Source: Eledone cirrhosa | Lineage: Eukaryota | Length of the DNA stretch: 64,000 bases | Reading direction: 5' to 3' | Assembly: GCA_964016885.1 (NCBI GenBank) | Contig: OZ024743.1 | Coordinates: forward strand, 108,686,001 to 108,750,000 | In this document: piece by piece, positions 17,850-30,794 of the stretch | How positions within the stretch are numbered: position 1 is the first letter of the stretch | How the letters are laid out: each line of letters opens with the position of its first letter | Notes under the pieces: model-generated | Seen by the model: the letters and a program-made list of their open reading frames with translations, nothing else | The model's database searches: none | What the model was told of the DNA's origin: nothing | Translations under genes and position numbers: made by a program

Positions 17850-20560
17850 GCGGGTGTAACATGAAGGAAACGGTTCTAACAACAGAAATGCTTTTCTTTC
17901 ATTTTGATTACAGGGATGTCTGTTCTATCAGGGTTTCACTGCTTAATGGTTTGTATGATCCAATCACATAAAATCCTGCAGTCTTACATCTCTAAAGTTA
18001 TCACCGGTTTGTGCTTGTATCATTTATCTGCCTTGATAATCCTCAGGTCTCACAGAGTTTACAGCTGGCAACATTATTATGTCTCACCTTATAATCATTT
18101 CCAGCAGTTTTTACACTCTGAGACAATATATGCTACTTTTTCGCTTGCACAACCACACAATCGACACAGAGAAGATACATCTTTTCCGTATACCGAATTT
18201 CTGATAATATTCCTGCAAACTGCCTGATCTTGTGCTGCGATCGTTGTGCTCTATATATTCAATCTCACGTTTTTTTTATTCTTATTACTTCGTATGTTGC
18301 TTTTCTGAAATGCCTGTGTAATACTATGTACCCATATGCAGTTCATGTTCATACTGTGCCTCATCTATACTTTTGCAACTTGTGTTAGTTCCTAACAAAT
18401 CTCCTCCATTCACTACTCTCTAACGTCTCTCTGGGCGCGTGTAAATATTACTTCAACTTTCCCATTTCCATTATCACACAATATTCTATCGCAATCAAAC
18501 CTTGGCTTCCCTTTGCTCCATACATCGTAAGTAGTGTCTTCGTCTTGCGATCTAAATCCTCCAAATCTGCCGTCATTCAATCTATACCAGCTCATATCGA
18601 ATGATAGACACTAGGCTTCAGTTGATAGCTGAAATAATATTCTCACCGTTGCGTATCGATTTTGATATTGTCCAATAGTCGAACATAATCTTTACTTGCT
18701 TGATCCTTCTTCTCGTCATATGTTATTCCATCTGCGTCCAATAGTCTAATATATTTATATCTTTGTCCTTCTTCAAAGCATTTCATCATGCATCGCAATT
18801 CCTTTTCTCCGAACAATCTTTTCTCTCTTCATAATCATAAAAACGCATTTTGACAATCCACATTCCATCGTGATATTATCTGAAAACATCCTAACGTCAT
18901 TTACTAGGCTGTCTATTTGATCTTCGCATTTTGCAAACGATATCCACAAAGAGAAGATGATTGACAGTCTCTCCCATATTCTTTAGTTCATAAAATATCT
19001 TTGTCCTTTTCAACATCAGTATCAGTGGAATCATTGCTGCCACAGATAACTGCTGACAAACTGAAATATCCCACGTCTTATCTTCACATTACGTGAGTTT
19101 TCACTGCCAGCGTTTAGTTCCGTATTCCACTGTTTCATACTTTACTTAATTAAATCCCTCATATCGTTTGCTACTCCAAACTTTTCCATTGATGTTTCAT
19201 TGTAACTGTGGAGGAACATATCTTACGCCTTGCGATAATCTGTCCATGCGACACCTAATGATGTGAATTTCTTGTTACAACTCTTCACCATCTTCTTGTC
19301 GGTCAGTAATTGATCATTGGCGCCTCTACGTTTTTTCCTGTATGGTTTCTACTCCTATATCAATAGGTTTTTGTCCTCCAAATATCCGTACAATTTATCT
19401 GCTAATACACCTGTCAATAGTTTCCATAACAGCTAGAAAAATGATCGGTCCATATTGGACCCCATATTCCCCTTTTCTATTTCCTTCACAGAATTCCCAT
19501 ACATTTCGTCTTTCTATTTTCATGGAGGCATTCATCCAGTTGCGTTGCTATTCTACTATGTATTAATATCAGGTTCGTAATCCTTGAACACCATCTGGTC
19601 CTAGGCGTTTCAAGTTAGACATTCTCCTGATCTATTCTTTCACATTTCCCAAATATATTTGTACCTCTTCTTGCATATATGTCATTCAATATTCTTCAAA
19701 CATTCTGCATTTTCATTATGACCTGCTGAATAACTTCGTATTTCACTATAAAATAGCCTGCTCTCTTCTGCATCAGGTACAACATCTTACCTTATTCGTC
19801 GCTCTAGTTCACCAAACAACGTTTCTGATGTTATGTAAATAGTCGATTCTGTCTACAATGATTTGTTCATACATGTATCACATCTTTCAATGTTTGTCCC
19901 TACAACAATCAGCCTCCGTTGTACTTCCAAATGTATAACTTCGACACATCTTTGTTTCAGGCCTATATTTGACCCTTTCATTGTTGAGCTCACACCTTTT
20001 AATCCTCTACGTTTTTGTCCTAGATATTTACGTTCTTTTCTTTTGCCTTTTCAACATTCCGTCCCAATCTGGTTCTCTAATTTCAACATCTTCCTTTTTC
20101 GTGTATCCAAACATATCTGCCACCATACTGGTTGTTGCTCGTATTAGTGTATTTGTTTCTGCCGGGATAAGTGCGATAATGTTATTCATCTTAACTGCTG
20201 CTGTTTTAACTTTCTTCGTTTCGATGTATTGTAAATTTGGTGGAATCTTTTGAGGGTTTTTTATGATATTATTCCCCCCATCTTTCACAAGCTACTTTCA
20301 TCCTTCCTGAACACTTCAAGATATGTTCTTTATAGCACAATAATATATTCTGGAAGAAAGCTATGGCTTTCAACTTCCCCTTTCTTAATATACTGTGTTT
20401 TTTTAAAATATATATTCACAGCACCTTCAAATAGGCCCTGTCCCTCATTGGCATCGGCAATAACGCAATATCTCATTATTTCTTCAATCTCTATATTCGT
20501 CAGCTATCCATTGACTCAAATATTCTTTTGTCTGCTATTCTCTGTAGCATAACCATCAAT
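17850..20560 (-). mobile_element. Highly decayed R4/Dong-type element (copy F)
   Basis: Recognisable minus-strand motifs in the expected order: N-terminal region 20028-20288, GPDGVQG ~19590, GANDQLLTDKKMVKSC...AWTDYRKA ~19230-19325, VNHLLFVD ~18950, CRLCGC...YIVSEC ~18120-18165. Many stops and frameshifts. Confidence 0.75.
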
Positions 20561-21820
20561 AGCCCTCTTTCATCTCATACTTGTTTCGTTTTCTTCCGGT
20601 ACCCTCTAGCTGTAGAGACACTTCTAATCCAACATTCTATTACACTCCTGTTTACTGCTTTTCCCCACTTCTTTATTCGGAGCAGGTGCACCGAGATTGC
20701 TGTATGAGACCCCTTTGCCACATAGGGTTCCAGGTACTGCCTTATTATAGGGAAGAGTGTTGTTAGAATATAGAGTCACGGACAAATTGCTGAGGTAAAA
20801 TCTCATTGAACTGAACTTTGCTTATAATTCATTTGAGGGGGGGAGGGGTCAATAATATAAAGTACCATTGAAATACTGGCATCGATTTAATCGACATTTA
20901 CTTACTCCACCATGTTAACCGTGTGTCAACGTTAGAAACAATTATCACGTTTACGAGTCATGGCGTGAGAATGCGCCAACAATAATATATACGAACTCAG
21001 GTTTTGCTATTATTCTGAACGTGCCTATGGATATGCTTATAGGTAATTTGCAAATATCTTTCACAAAAACGGTTGTGTTTCATACTGGTTGATCCAATTA
21101 TAAACTACGATAAAGTTGCTAACCCATCAGCTAGTTGTATTCAACTTGCGTTAGTTATTGCTCTTTCAATAATTATAACGCTATGATAATTTTTATCATG
21201 AAAGATATCAACCTTTTATGGTTGTCTGACTTGGTGAGTAAGTTATATACATTTTCACATTGTTATTTTCAGACAGAGTAAAGTTTATATGTATACCATC
21301 GAGCGTTTCTTCTTGAAACACATGAATTTAGACGGCCAACAAATCAAGATAATTTCGTATTCTTGGAGGTGTGAAGTGGAAGTGCAGCTGAGCAATGATG
21401 TAAATAAGATGATTGTAACTAATAATTTCCAGCCCACGATTCTGCTCGGCTTAAGCATTGGGTCATATTATGGCACTAGAATTTACCTTATGCCGTTAGT
21501 ATTGTAACCTCTTCGGGAAAGCATATATATCCGTGATATCGAATCCACCGGTCCATTATAAACCCCATCTGATGCGATGTATCGTAGAAAATATGGATAA
21601 CATATGTCTTCGGAAAACTTTCGGTAAGTTCGACCATCAATAGGTGTGGGCCTTTCTCAAATCAGCTTATATTAGCCCAGCTTTCAAAGAATGGATTGCT
21701 TCAAAGAAAAGCAGCATCTTTGCAGTATCATATGAAATGCCATCCCATACGAGTTTTAAATCACGCTCTCGGCGTTATAAATTGCACATGTCATCTCGGC
21801 CATAAGGACACGCTATTATT

Positions 21821-22007
21821 TAATTGTTTCTACTTTTGGCAGAAGGCCAGCAATTATTCCAGTGTATTACTGGATTATTTTATCGACCCCGTAAGGATGA
21901 AAGGCAAAGTTAACCTCGGCGGGATTTGAACTCAACCATAAAGGGCCGTAACTCTTTGCTGCAAAGCATGGCGTCAGACCCTCTACCGATACTGCCAATC
22001 CACCGCC
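21821..22007 (-). mobile_element. tRNA-derived SINE family 1, full-length
   Basis: Reverse complement of the 15873-16050 and 35925-36105 copies. Starts GGCGGTGGATTGGCAGTATCGGTAGA on the minus strand. Confidence 0.88.
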
Positions 22008-22857
22008 TTCATGATACATAATATGGTTGCATCCTAGAAATGTCGATATATGGTCGTCCATTCTCCAACAGAAAAAGCCGACAGTAGAGTTTAATGTTAT
22101 AAAATATATAATGTATAGAATTCTTCTGTAACACATGATAATTATCGCAAGATTAGATATACAATATAAAATGTTTAAGGATTACCCAGCCACAAATGTA
22201 GAACACACGTTATATACTTTTTTGGTGATCAACGAAAGCATTTCCTAAGTGACTACAACAAAAGCACCAAAATCGTCTGGACAGAAACATTTTATCTCTT
22301 TGTATAATTCCATTATTGTTACAAGTAGGTGTCTGTGATTCGATAGAAAACCTTTATTTTCGCGTCCATACATTTTATTGGGTAGGTTTTCTTCTTTAGT
22401 TCATATATTTTGTAGAGTATCCCAATTTTGTTGTTTATGCCGAGCTTGTATTTTAATGTATCATGCTGTTTATTCCCTTTTTTTTTTTCAAAGATTTCTA
22501 ACAGATTAGTTTTTGGTGTACTTTCTCTTTCGATTTTTCTACGCTTGTAAAATATTTCCGAGCTTCGTCAGCCTCCATTTCTTCCTCCTAATAAACGATT
22601 GATGAGGTAGTACACTTAAGAATAGTATTCAGCTCAGAGACTGAGCGAACTATTGATTTTCTTTACTATTAGAAGGGCGTACCACAACATAGTTCACTTC
22701 AGAAACCGACGAGGTAATAGATTCTACACAAGAAGGGAGACATTTCGGTTCAAGTAAATTTAACTACTATCGAAATTATCATTTTAAATTAAATAACGCA
22801 TTATTCAGATACATAGACATATATATTTATTTGGACACCAATAACACACACGCACAC

Positions 22858-23049
22858 ACGTCATTATTTGGAGCGGTGAAAAACAATTACACGCAAAGAC
22901 AAAACCACGTTTATCGTATAAAAGAAGTTGTGACTAATATTCTATTAGGTGGTTCATAGAGACCGTCTCTGGCAATGCACGAAAAAAATCAAGATAATAC
23001 GTCATATGTGGAGCGGGGAGAACAATTGCACGCAAAGACAAAACCACGT
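22858..23049. repeat. Local ~52 bp direct repeat
   Basis: ACGTCAT..TGGAGCGG.GA.AACAATT.CACGCAAAGACAAAACCACGT at ~22858-22910 and ~22999-23049. Confidence 0.8.
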
Positions 23050-24519
23050 CTTCAAATTTATTATTATTACGATATATATATATAGACATATAATTTCTTC
23101 CGCCTTAAAATAATTATTTCTAACATTGGCACAAGGTCAGTGATTTTGAGGAAAGGAGTATCGAGTAAATTGATTCAAGAATGCCAAAAGATAAAGTTGA
23201 TCTCATCTGGATTTGAACACAGAATACTGAATAACTGAATACTGAAAAATTATTTTGCCTGATCTGCAAACATTGCAGTTGTACAGGCCTCACCTGATAA
23301 CTAATATTATACAAGTAATCCTATTATGATAGAGGGGCGGAAAGTTATATTGCCGTCTGAAGTAGAAATATATTAAATAATATTATATACATAAAATCAA
23401 TACAAATTTTGATCAATATTGGGTGTATAAAAATAAAGCTTCAGCTATGAAAATTTGTTATATACTAAAATTTGGGTTTATTTTATCCAAAGATTGAAAT
23501 TCCGTTTCATCAGTCGCGATAAATATATTATTTTTTGTTTTTAATTTAAATTACAATTAATATTTGCTTCTTATATTTGTGAAAATACAAATATAGGGAA
23601 AAATCAACAACCTTATTTTAAAATCTTCCGAGAGAAATATCTTATGTATTTTATGTACTCGAAAGCTATTTAAATTTAAGTTATTCGTTTCTATTTTCAA
23701 ATATATTAAACCTCCGTCATCATTTTTATTGAAGCACGCTAACCAGGGAAAATCGTTTTCTTTAATAAAAATAAGCTAACTTATTAACTTCTAGTGGAAA
23801 TTTGTATTTGAGATATTCAAGTGCTTTCTCAAAAACAAAAACAATAAATCATACGCGCAATAATACGATTACTTTACTCTTATTTAAAAAAAAAAAAAAT
23901 TGCGTTCAATATTCTAAGACAACAGCGGATACAAATATGAAGCTATATTGGCCAGTAGAACAAGTTTAACAATAGTTTATCTGTTCTTATCAATATAATT
24001 TTGTCCGTGTCAATAAAAAGAAGGCTTTAAAGATATTTGTTTTGCTTCCGTGACACTTATTTCTCAACAGTTCTTTCTCGCTTTGTAGATATATTATATT
24101 TGTACGAGAAAATATATTACAAAAATATTTGTAAATATAGAATACGTTCTTTCGCTTCGTTATGCTTTCCTTTCGAACTAATAATATTATACACATGTAT
24201 GTACACACAGAAACCTAAACGAGCCCCTACATACATATACTAGCACCCACAAACACGCATATGCTTCACTATACACACATTACCCTCCATAAACGTACAT
24301 ATGAGTGCATCTTTATTTACACCATTTGAAATAGTATTTTTATTTACATAGGAATATTACAATGACAAGAAATATCAAAATTGGTAAAACACAGGAACCA
24401 TGTTTCCAACTTTCACTTATATCACTGGGTTCTGCGATCAAATAATCCTTACTCATCTTTGACATTTATACACGGCAAGTTCTGTAAAATAGCTACTAAT
24501 TCGTGTTACTATTACTTCA

Positions 24520-24730
24520 GGGCAGTGTATTAGCAGTAATCGGTAGATCGTCATGCAACATGATTCACGGCATATTGTTACAAATCTTTACATTCCGAGT
24601 TCATATGCAGCCTATGCTAGCTTTACCTTTCATCTTTACGGGGTCGATAATATAAGTACCTGTGAAGTCCAGGTTTCGATCTTCCCCTTCCCTTCAAATT
24701 GCTGGTTTTGTGCCCAAAGTGGAAACAATT
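24520..24730 (+). mobile_element. Decayed SINE family 1
   Basis: GAGTTCATATGC...CTTTACCTTTCATCTTTACGGGGTCGATAATATAAGTACC...TTGCTGGTTTTGTGCCCAAAGTGGAAAC. Confidence 0.72.
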
Positions 24731-25774
24731 ATAATTTAACCATAATTGAAAATAAATGTGCAGACTATCATAAGAAGGCATCAATATCAATTATTTTAAT
24801 GTAGAACGATAATGTCTAATATGATCATTGCGTTTTTTACGACTGAACATTTTCATTTGAGAGATATGTGGTTTCTATTTCCATCAGATTGATACTCGCT
24901 AATAAGCTATATATTTCAGTGGTTTGGGTCAACTATAGCCTTTCACTACATATAAGAAACCCAGAAGAAATTAAAAGAGAAAATATATTTACATAAAAAG
25001 GTAAAATAATACATGCGAGATGTGGTTTTGAAGCTAATAACTCCAAATGTCTGTCTAGCGTTTATAAGTAAGAATTCATAGGTCTGCATTTAAATCAAAC
25101 AAAGTATTGAGTGTATAAACTGAATTAAGATTGTTGTTTTGATGTATATATATTTTATGTTTCGTGTTACTATTGACCATCGATAACTTAAATAAATACT
25201 TAAAACAGTTTGAATAATGTATAGATATAAAACGAAAACAAAAATAAAACAAAACCAAAAAACAAATTGGATACCAATTGAGTTATAAAATGATAACACT
25301 CTCGTTGACGCTATTATGAAACGCTACCATTATTTTCCCTATCCAGAATATCGAATCAGGAAGAAAATGAGTGCTACTGTATGTGAACTGCTTGTATGCT
25401 TGATACTTGCTTTTTTGTTCTAATAGTTACACTGTTATATTAGTAAATACGGTCATCACGAAATGGGAATTCAATTTCTTCGAATTTTGAAATGTGTAAT
25501 TTATCGTATATTATAGTTATGTTTACAAAAATATTGCACAATTTAAAATAAATGCTACAGATGAGTATAAATATATACTCACCGATTTGTAGCATTGATG
25601 ATGGATCGTGCACTGTTTTCGACAAAGAAGATTAAACTGGTACATGAACTGAATGCCCTTCTCATTAAATTAACATGTATAATACAGATACGTGTAACTT
25701 TGTCATAATTCTCCGTCCGAATCTAAGTGACAGAGTGTGACAAACCTGAACCGTACAATAAATAGGGCGAGCTT

Positions 25775-26475
25775 GTCTACAGTTTCCGCCTCTCTAAATT
25801 CACTCAGCAGTCTTGAGTCGACGCGAGACTACACTGAAATCATTTTCCCTGCATAGGATATCATACAGGAGAATCAAACCTGGGAACACGCGATTTAGAA
25901 GCAAATTGCTTAAACACTCAGCCAAGGATCTATAGTAATAATACTTTCAATAATGGTAATTGTAATCGCTAGTAGTAAAAGTATATTTGAATACTGGACG
26001 CCAGTAACAAATTTTATTTTAATTTATGAATGGACCAGTAACTCCTGATGTTTTCGAAGTCAGATACAACGTGACATGGCTATTTCATATGGAATGAAAC
26101 TTGTCCTCCCTCCAGATCTGAGCACAGCCGGTTTTTCCATAGGGTGATACGAAAGAAGTGAGAAAGAGATATTGAAGAAGAATCGACCCTAGATCTGGAC
26201 TGGTAATTTTAATCGACTTCGAAAGTATTAAAGTTACTTTTAGCAAAAGGAACACCACGGCCATGTAATGGTTTTATATTGGATGAATAATTACATCTAT
26301 CACCCCGAATCAGAACGGACATTCACTGGGGTTCGAACCTTTTCGACTTACAAAATTTTACTCAGAATTCACTGATTGGTGGAATATTATGGTAGAAGAA
26401 ACTTGCTCAAACTGTTACGCAGTGGGATCAAATCTAAAACTACGTAGTTGCTAAAAGAACGTCTCAGCCAAACAT
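25775..26475 (-). mobile_element. Two decayed tRNA-derived SINEs of another family (25775-25925 and 26340-26475)
   Basis: The minus strand starts TGGCTGAGTGTTTAAG / TGGCTGAGACG, has a GGTTTGATTC / TTTGATCCC B-box-like motif and TTGAGCAAG, and ends GGAAACTGTAGA. The two copies resemble each other. Confidence 0.5.
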
Positions 26476-27059
26476 TCCTGTTTGTAAGTTGATGTCAATT
26501 TAGATATTTGGTGCATTTTCTAATTTGTTCTTAAATTGAGAGACATATATTAAATACATAATACTGTAATGGTGGCGAACTTGTTTACTACACTGTGTCG
26601 AAATTTTAATTTCATTTATAATCCCTTTAATTGAGAGTTACTTATACATATACATGTATTTTAGTTTATGACAGGATGTTGTAGGGAGATAATTATGTAG
26701 GGCGTATCAGGTGTCACAGTTGACACGCTTATTATTTGTTCACCACTATTGATTTAAGGTCAAGTTTAGCTGACATGTACGAAATAATATTTCAAGAATA
26801 TAATAATTATTTTAATCATGCTTTTATTACTACAGTAAAAAGGTTTTTTTTTCGGGTGAAAATGTCATGTATTTTTTGTTAAGTTTCAAAATAGTAGTCA
26901 TCTAGATAGAAATATTTGCCACATTTCACTTGCAGTGTTTCAATGCTTCATATTACAAAATATATAAAACTTTGTATAGTCTATTGAATTACAGCGAGCA
27001 AGATGCATCTTACCCATTCAAAACAAACAAAACCGTTCAATAGTAACCACAACAATAGT

Positions 27060-27680
27060 AATGATGGTTTCTGATTTAGACAGTGGGTGAATCATTTTGG
27101 GGGTAGGGAAAGTCAATTAAATCAACACCATTTCGTTACAGGTAAGGATGAAAGGCAAAGCTAACCTCAGCAGGATTTGAACTCAGAATGTAGACGAACT
27201 TAATTATATACCTGAAAGCATGTCCAACGCTATATCCATACTGTCCACGCCGAATGCCTTTATTATATAATGATAATAATAATTGTTTCTACTTTTAGAA
27301 CAAGGCCAGCAATTTGAAGGAGGAGGGGAATGTCGATTAAATCGAACCCAGTGCATTACTGGTGTTTTATTTTATTGACTACGTAAGGATGAAAACAAAG
27401 CTAATCTCGGTGGGATTTGAACACAGTACGTAAAAGGCTATAACTCTATGCGACAAAGCATAGTGTTAAAAGCTCTACTGATACTGCCAATCCGCCACCC
27501 TTGGTTTCTTATTTAGGCCCAACGCCAACATTTTTGGGGGAGGGGAAAGTCGATTAAATCAACCCTAGCGCATTGCTGGTACTTTATTTCATCGACTCCG
27601 TAAGGATGAAAGGCAGAGTTATTCTCGGCTGGATTTGAACTCAGAATGTAAAGTGCCGTAACTATGCCGCAAAGCATTAT
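27060..27680 (-). mobile_element. Three head-to-tail SINE family 1 copies
   Basis: GGATGAAAGGCAAAG...GGATTTGAACTCAG occurs three times (~27146, ~27387, ~27604). Confidence 0.85.
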
Positions 27681-27708
27681 TATGATGATGATGACGACGA
27701 CGACGGCG

Positions 27709-27748
<40 letters not shown>

Positions 27749-28459
27749 TGATGATGAATTTACCGCAGTACTGTGTTGGCATATTGTCTCCGACTCCCAA
27801 TTAAATGGACGTAGAAGTTAACTTGAGATGTGAATCAGAGCGCAAGGAGCCGTTACTAATATCACAATGTTATTCAAATTTGACCGCCTCAAATCTCTAA
27901 ATTCCGTAATAAACAGAAAAGCAGATCAGATATATGAAGAATTACAGTCATGACTGATTATAGTCCCCAAAACCCCCCACCCCGCCGATTATGGCCGACT
28001 AGGAATAAACAACGAAAATTAAAAACGAAAGCAAATAAAAAAAAAATGGATTAAATAACTACGAACGAATTTCGTTTCTGTAAATTCAATATAAAGGTTG
28101 CAATCACCGGACTTTCTTTCCTAATTCTTATAAGTAAAATTTGTATTTTTTGTTACAAATCTAAATGGTGGAGTAGGAGAGTGAGCTCTTTTAAATCACT
28201 TGATCCTATCAATCAATTGATTCCGGAATTGCTTATATATTTGTCATTATGAAAATCGATAATTTGATGATGTTTCGTTTTTTTTTAGTCAAGAAACTGA
28301 CAAAAAAAAACAACAAATTTATTCTAGCAGCGAAACATTTTGCAGCTGTTGCGTGTTGCAATATAATATGAACAATAACTCCAGCCTCTTCACTTTGGCC
28401 CCTAACCCAGACATCACCTCTTGTAACGAAGAAAATCTGAAGGTAAACAAAACCTCAAA

Positions 28460-28620
28460 GGCAGCGAATCGGTAGAGACGTTGGAAAGTCGGATAAAATG
28501 TTTTGTTTAATTCGTTTCGGCACTCTGATTTCTGATTTCAAATCCCGCGTGGCCAACTTTACCTTTCATTCATTCGAGGTCGAGAAAAGAAATTACCAGT
28601 CAAGTACTTGGATCGATTAT
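28460..28620 (+). mobile_element. Decayed SINE family 1
   Basis: GCGAATCGGTAGAG...GATTTCAAATCCCG...ACTTTACCTTTCATTCATTCGAGGTCGA. Confidence 0.7.
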
Positions 28621-29289
28621 TTACCAATATCTCGAGCTCACTTCCATTCTTTCACTCTCTATCCTTCTCTGGAAGTAATCTGCTGTATTCATGATTTCTT
28701 CCAAAAATTCAGGAGAATTAAATGCTACAACAGAAAGGAACAACGCCAAGAAGAATGGCTGACCTGTGTGGCAATGCCGTCACCATTTTATCTGATGAGC
28801 ATAGCTGAGATATACCACCCGAAAAGGCTTAGAATACGTCACCTTCCTTTCCTCACTTTATACATTAAACTTTTCATTACTAAATTTTCTTCTTTTCCCT
28901 CTTGGTCTCTTTTCTTCCTCCTTTTCTGTTTTTTATATTAATCCTTTAAAAAAACCATTATTCTATACACCTCTTTTCTAAGAAACGGATACAGTTTTAT
29001 TATGTATTATATTCATATAGCAAACTACATCCGTATACAAATTCGGTGATGGATTGCGTCGGCCAAAATGCTTCAATAAGAAAATTCAAGATAGGTCGTT
29101 GTTGTTTGACTGAGAGTGATGAAACGTGAAACTATATAGTGTGACTTCTTGAACTAGTCGCAAGCCAAATGGCTGCATGATTGGTGCTTAAGGACTGTCA
29201 TGCGTGGTGATGTGAGAGATGATATGGAAAGTGATGTGGGAAGCCAGGTGAGAGGTGATGCAATGTGAGAAGTGAAATGAGAAGCCATG

Positions 29290-29500
29290 GGGTCAGGAGG
29301 TTAAATGGTCGAGGGAGAGTAGGGTAACAATCAGGATTGTGAGGCGGAATGTAACTTGTAGCGCTGAATAGGAAGCTATCTTCAACAAAGTCACATAGAA
29401 ACAAAAACATTTCCAAGAAGGATGGAATGGTGAATGTTTTAAGCAGAGAAGCAAGAGATAAGGGGCAATTAACTCTAACATATCTCTGATAGGATCAAGG
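29290..29500 (-). mobile_element. Possible ancient CR1/L2-type LINE fragment
   Basis: ELIAPYLLLLCLKHSPFHPSWK resembles the 'ELAP.L..LFN.CL....FP..WK' segment upstream of LINE RT domains. Short and decayed. Confidence 0.3.
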
Positions 29501-29792
29501 AAGTAATGTTTTCCTTGACCACACTACTGGCCAGTCGCAACTACATACAAATGGAGCAACTGTAATATACGTTCCTCGAGAATATAATGTGCCACGCTGT
29601 TCAAGAATCGAATCCACGCATTTACGGCACTGAATTAAAATCTCTAACCTTTCATTCACACCAAGTTCATAATTTCTTTTATTTTATAATTAAAATAGAA
29701 ATACTTTTATAATTAAAATAGAAATACTTATAGATATATACCTCTAAATCGCTAAACAAATGCACATAAAATTAACATTTAGGAATACGGCA

Positions 29793-29952
29793 TTATTTAG
29801 TTCGATCGGGATGAAAATGTTCATCGGCAACATCAAAACTCATCAGGTCGCCAGTTTCTTTCAGCACATGTTCATCGTCAACGTACGAAGACAATGCATT
29901 CGAGATTTTTACCGCCGGTACCACGATACATTTGCCCGACACGCTGGGATTT
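29793..29952 (-). CDS. Candidate terminal coding exon of an unidentified host gene
   Basis: An island richer in GC than its flanks. AG at 29954-29953, then 1 nt plus the open frame NPSVSGKCIVVPAVKISNALSSYVDDEHVLKETGDLMSFDVADEHFHPDRTK* ending in TAA at 29795-29793. No homolog recognised and the acceptor is weak. Confidence 0.33.
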
Positions 29953-30732
29953 CTAATAATTGTATTTATATTTAATTATATATAATATTAATGATTTTGA
30001 ATCGAATTATTTGCATTTATTGGGGAATATAATATCATACAAGCACACGCCTAGACCGATGCCATACGCATATACAAACATGCTAGGAATCCGATTTTCT
30101 ATTAATTTATATATAGAGAGAATGAGCAATAGAGCGAGAGAGAAAGAAAGAGATGAATGTTATATTTTTTAAAACATACATGTAGGCAATGCAATCCTTT
30201 TCAGACATATATACACATAACATATGATACGAAGATCATACCACATACATGTCTTTCTGGAAAAGGTACAACTGTGCAAATACGTATACATTTACATAAT
30301 ATATTAGTACATATACAAATAAAAATGCGGTTACATATGCCAGAAACACATTGAAGCGCATTCGAACTATGAGTGAAATAATGACACAATCTGTGGCCAG
30401 ACAGGTTATATTTTTGAATGCCATATTTCTCTCGCAATACATTGTATTTGAATTAATAAGTGAAGAATTTGGAAAGGTATTTCATTAGGCTATTTGTAAA
30501 ATATTTTAATTAACAAATTCTGGCATAAAAATAATGGTGGAATATATTTTTTTAACTGTGAGTCACATAAAAAGAGTAGTTTTGTTTAATAGATCTAGTG
30601 GCGGTTCTGGGGGCGTTGATATCGAAAGGAGTAAATTCATGAAAAAGACGCACCAGTTCGCCTTGATATGACCAATTCTACCCAGTACTAAACCTCCAAA
30701 TTTAAGCGTATATATATATATATTTTTTTTTT

Positions 30733-30794
<62 letters not shown>

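Noticed and set aside
21234-21272. GTGAGT...TTTTCAG mini-intron on the + strand
   Set aside because: It is only ~39 nt, and no convincing coding frame flanks it.
23503-23516. CTGATGAAAC on the minus strand
   Set aside because: The two core halves overlap with no stem II, so this is a chance match.
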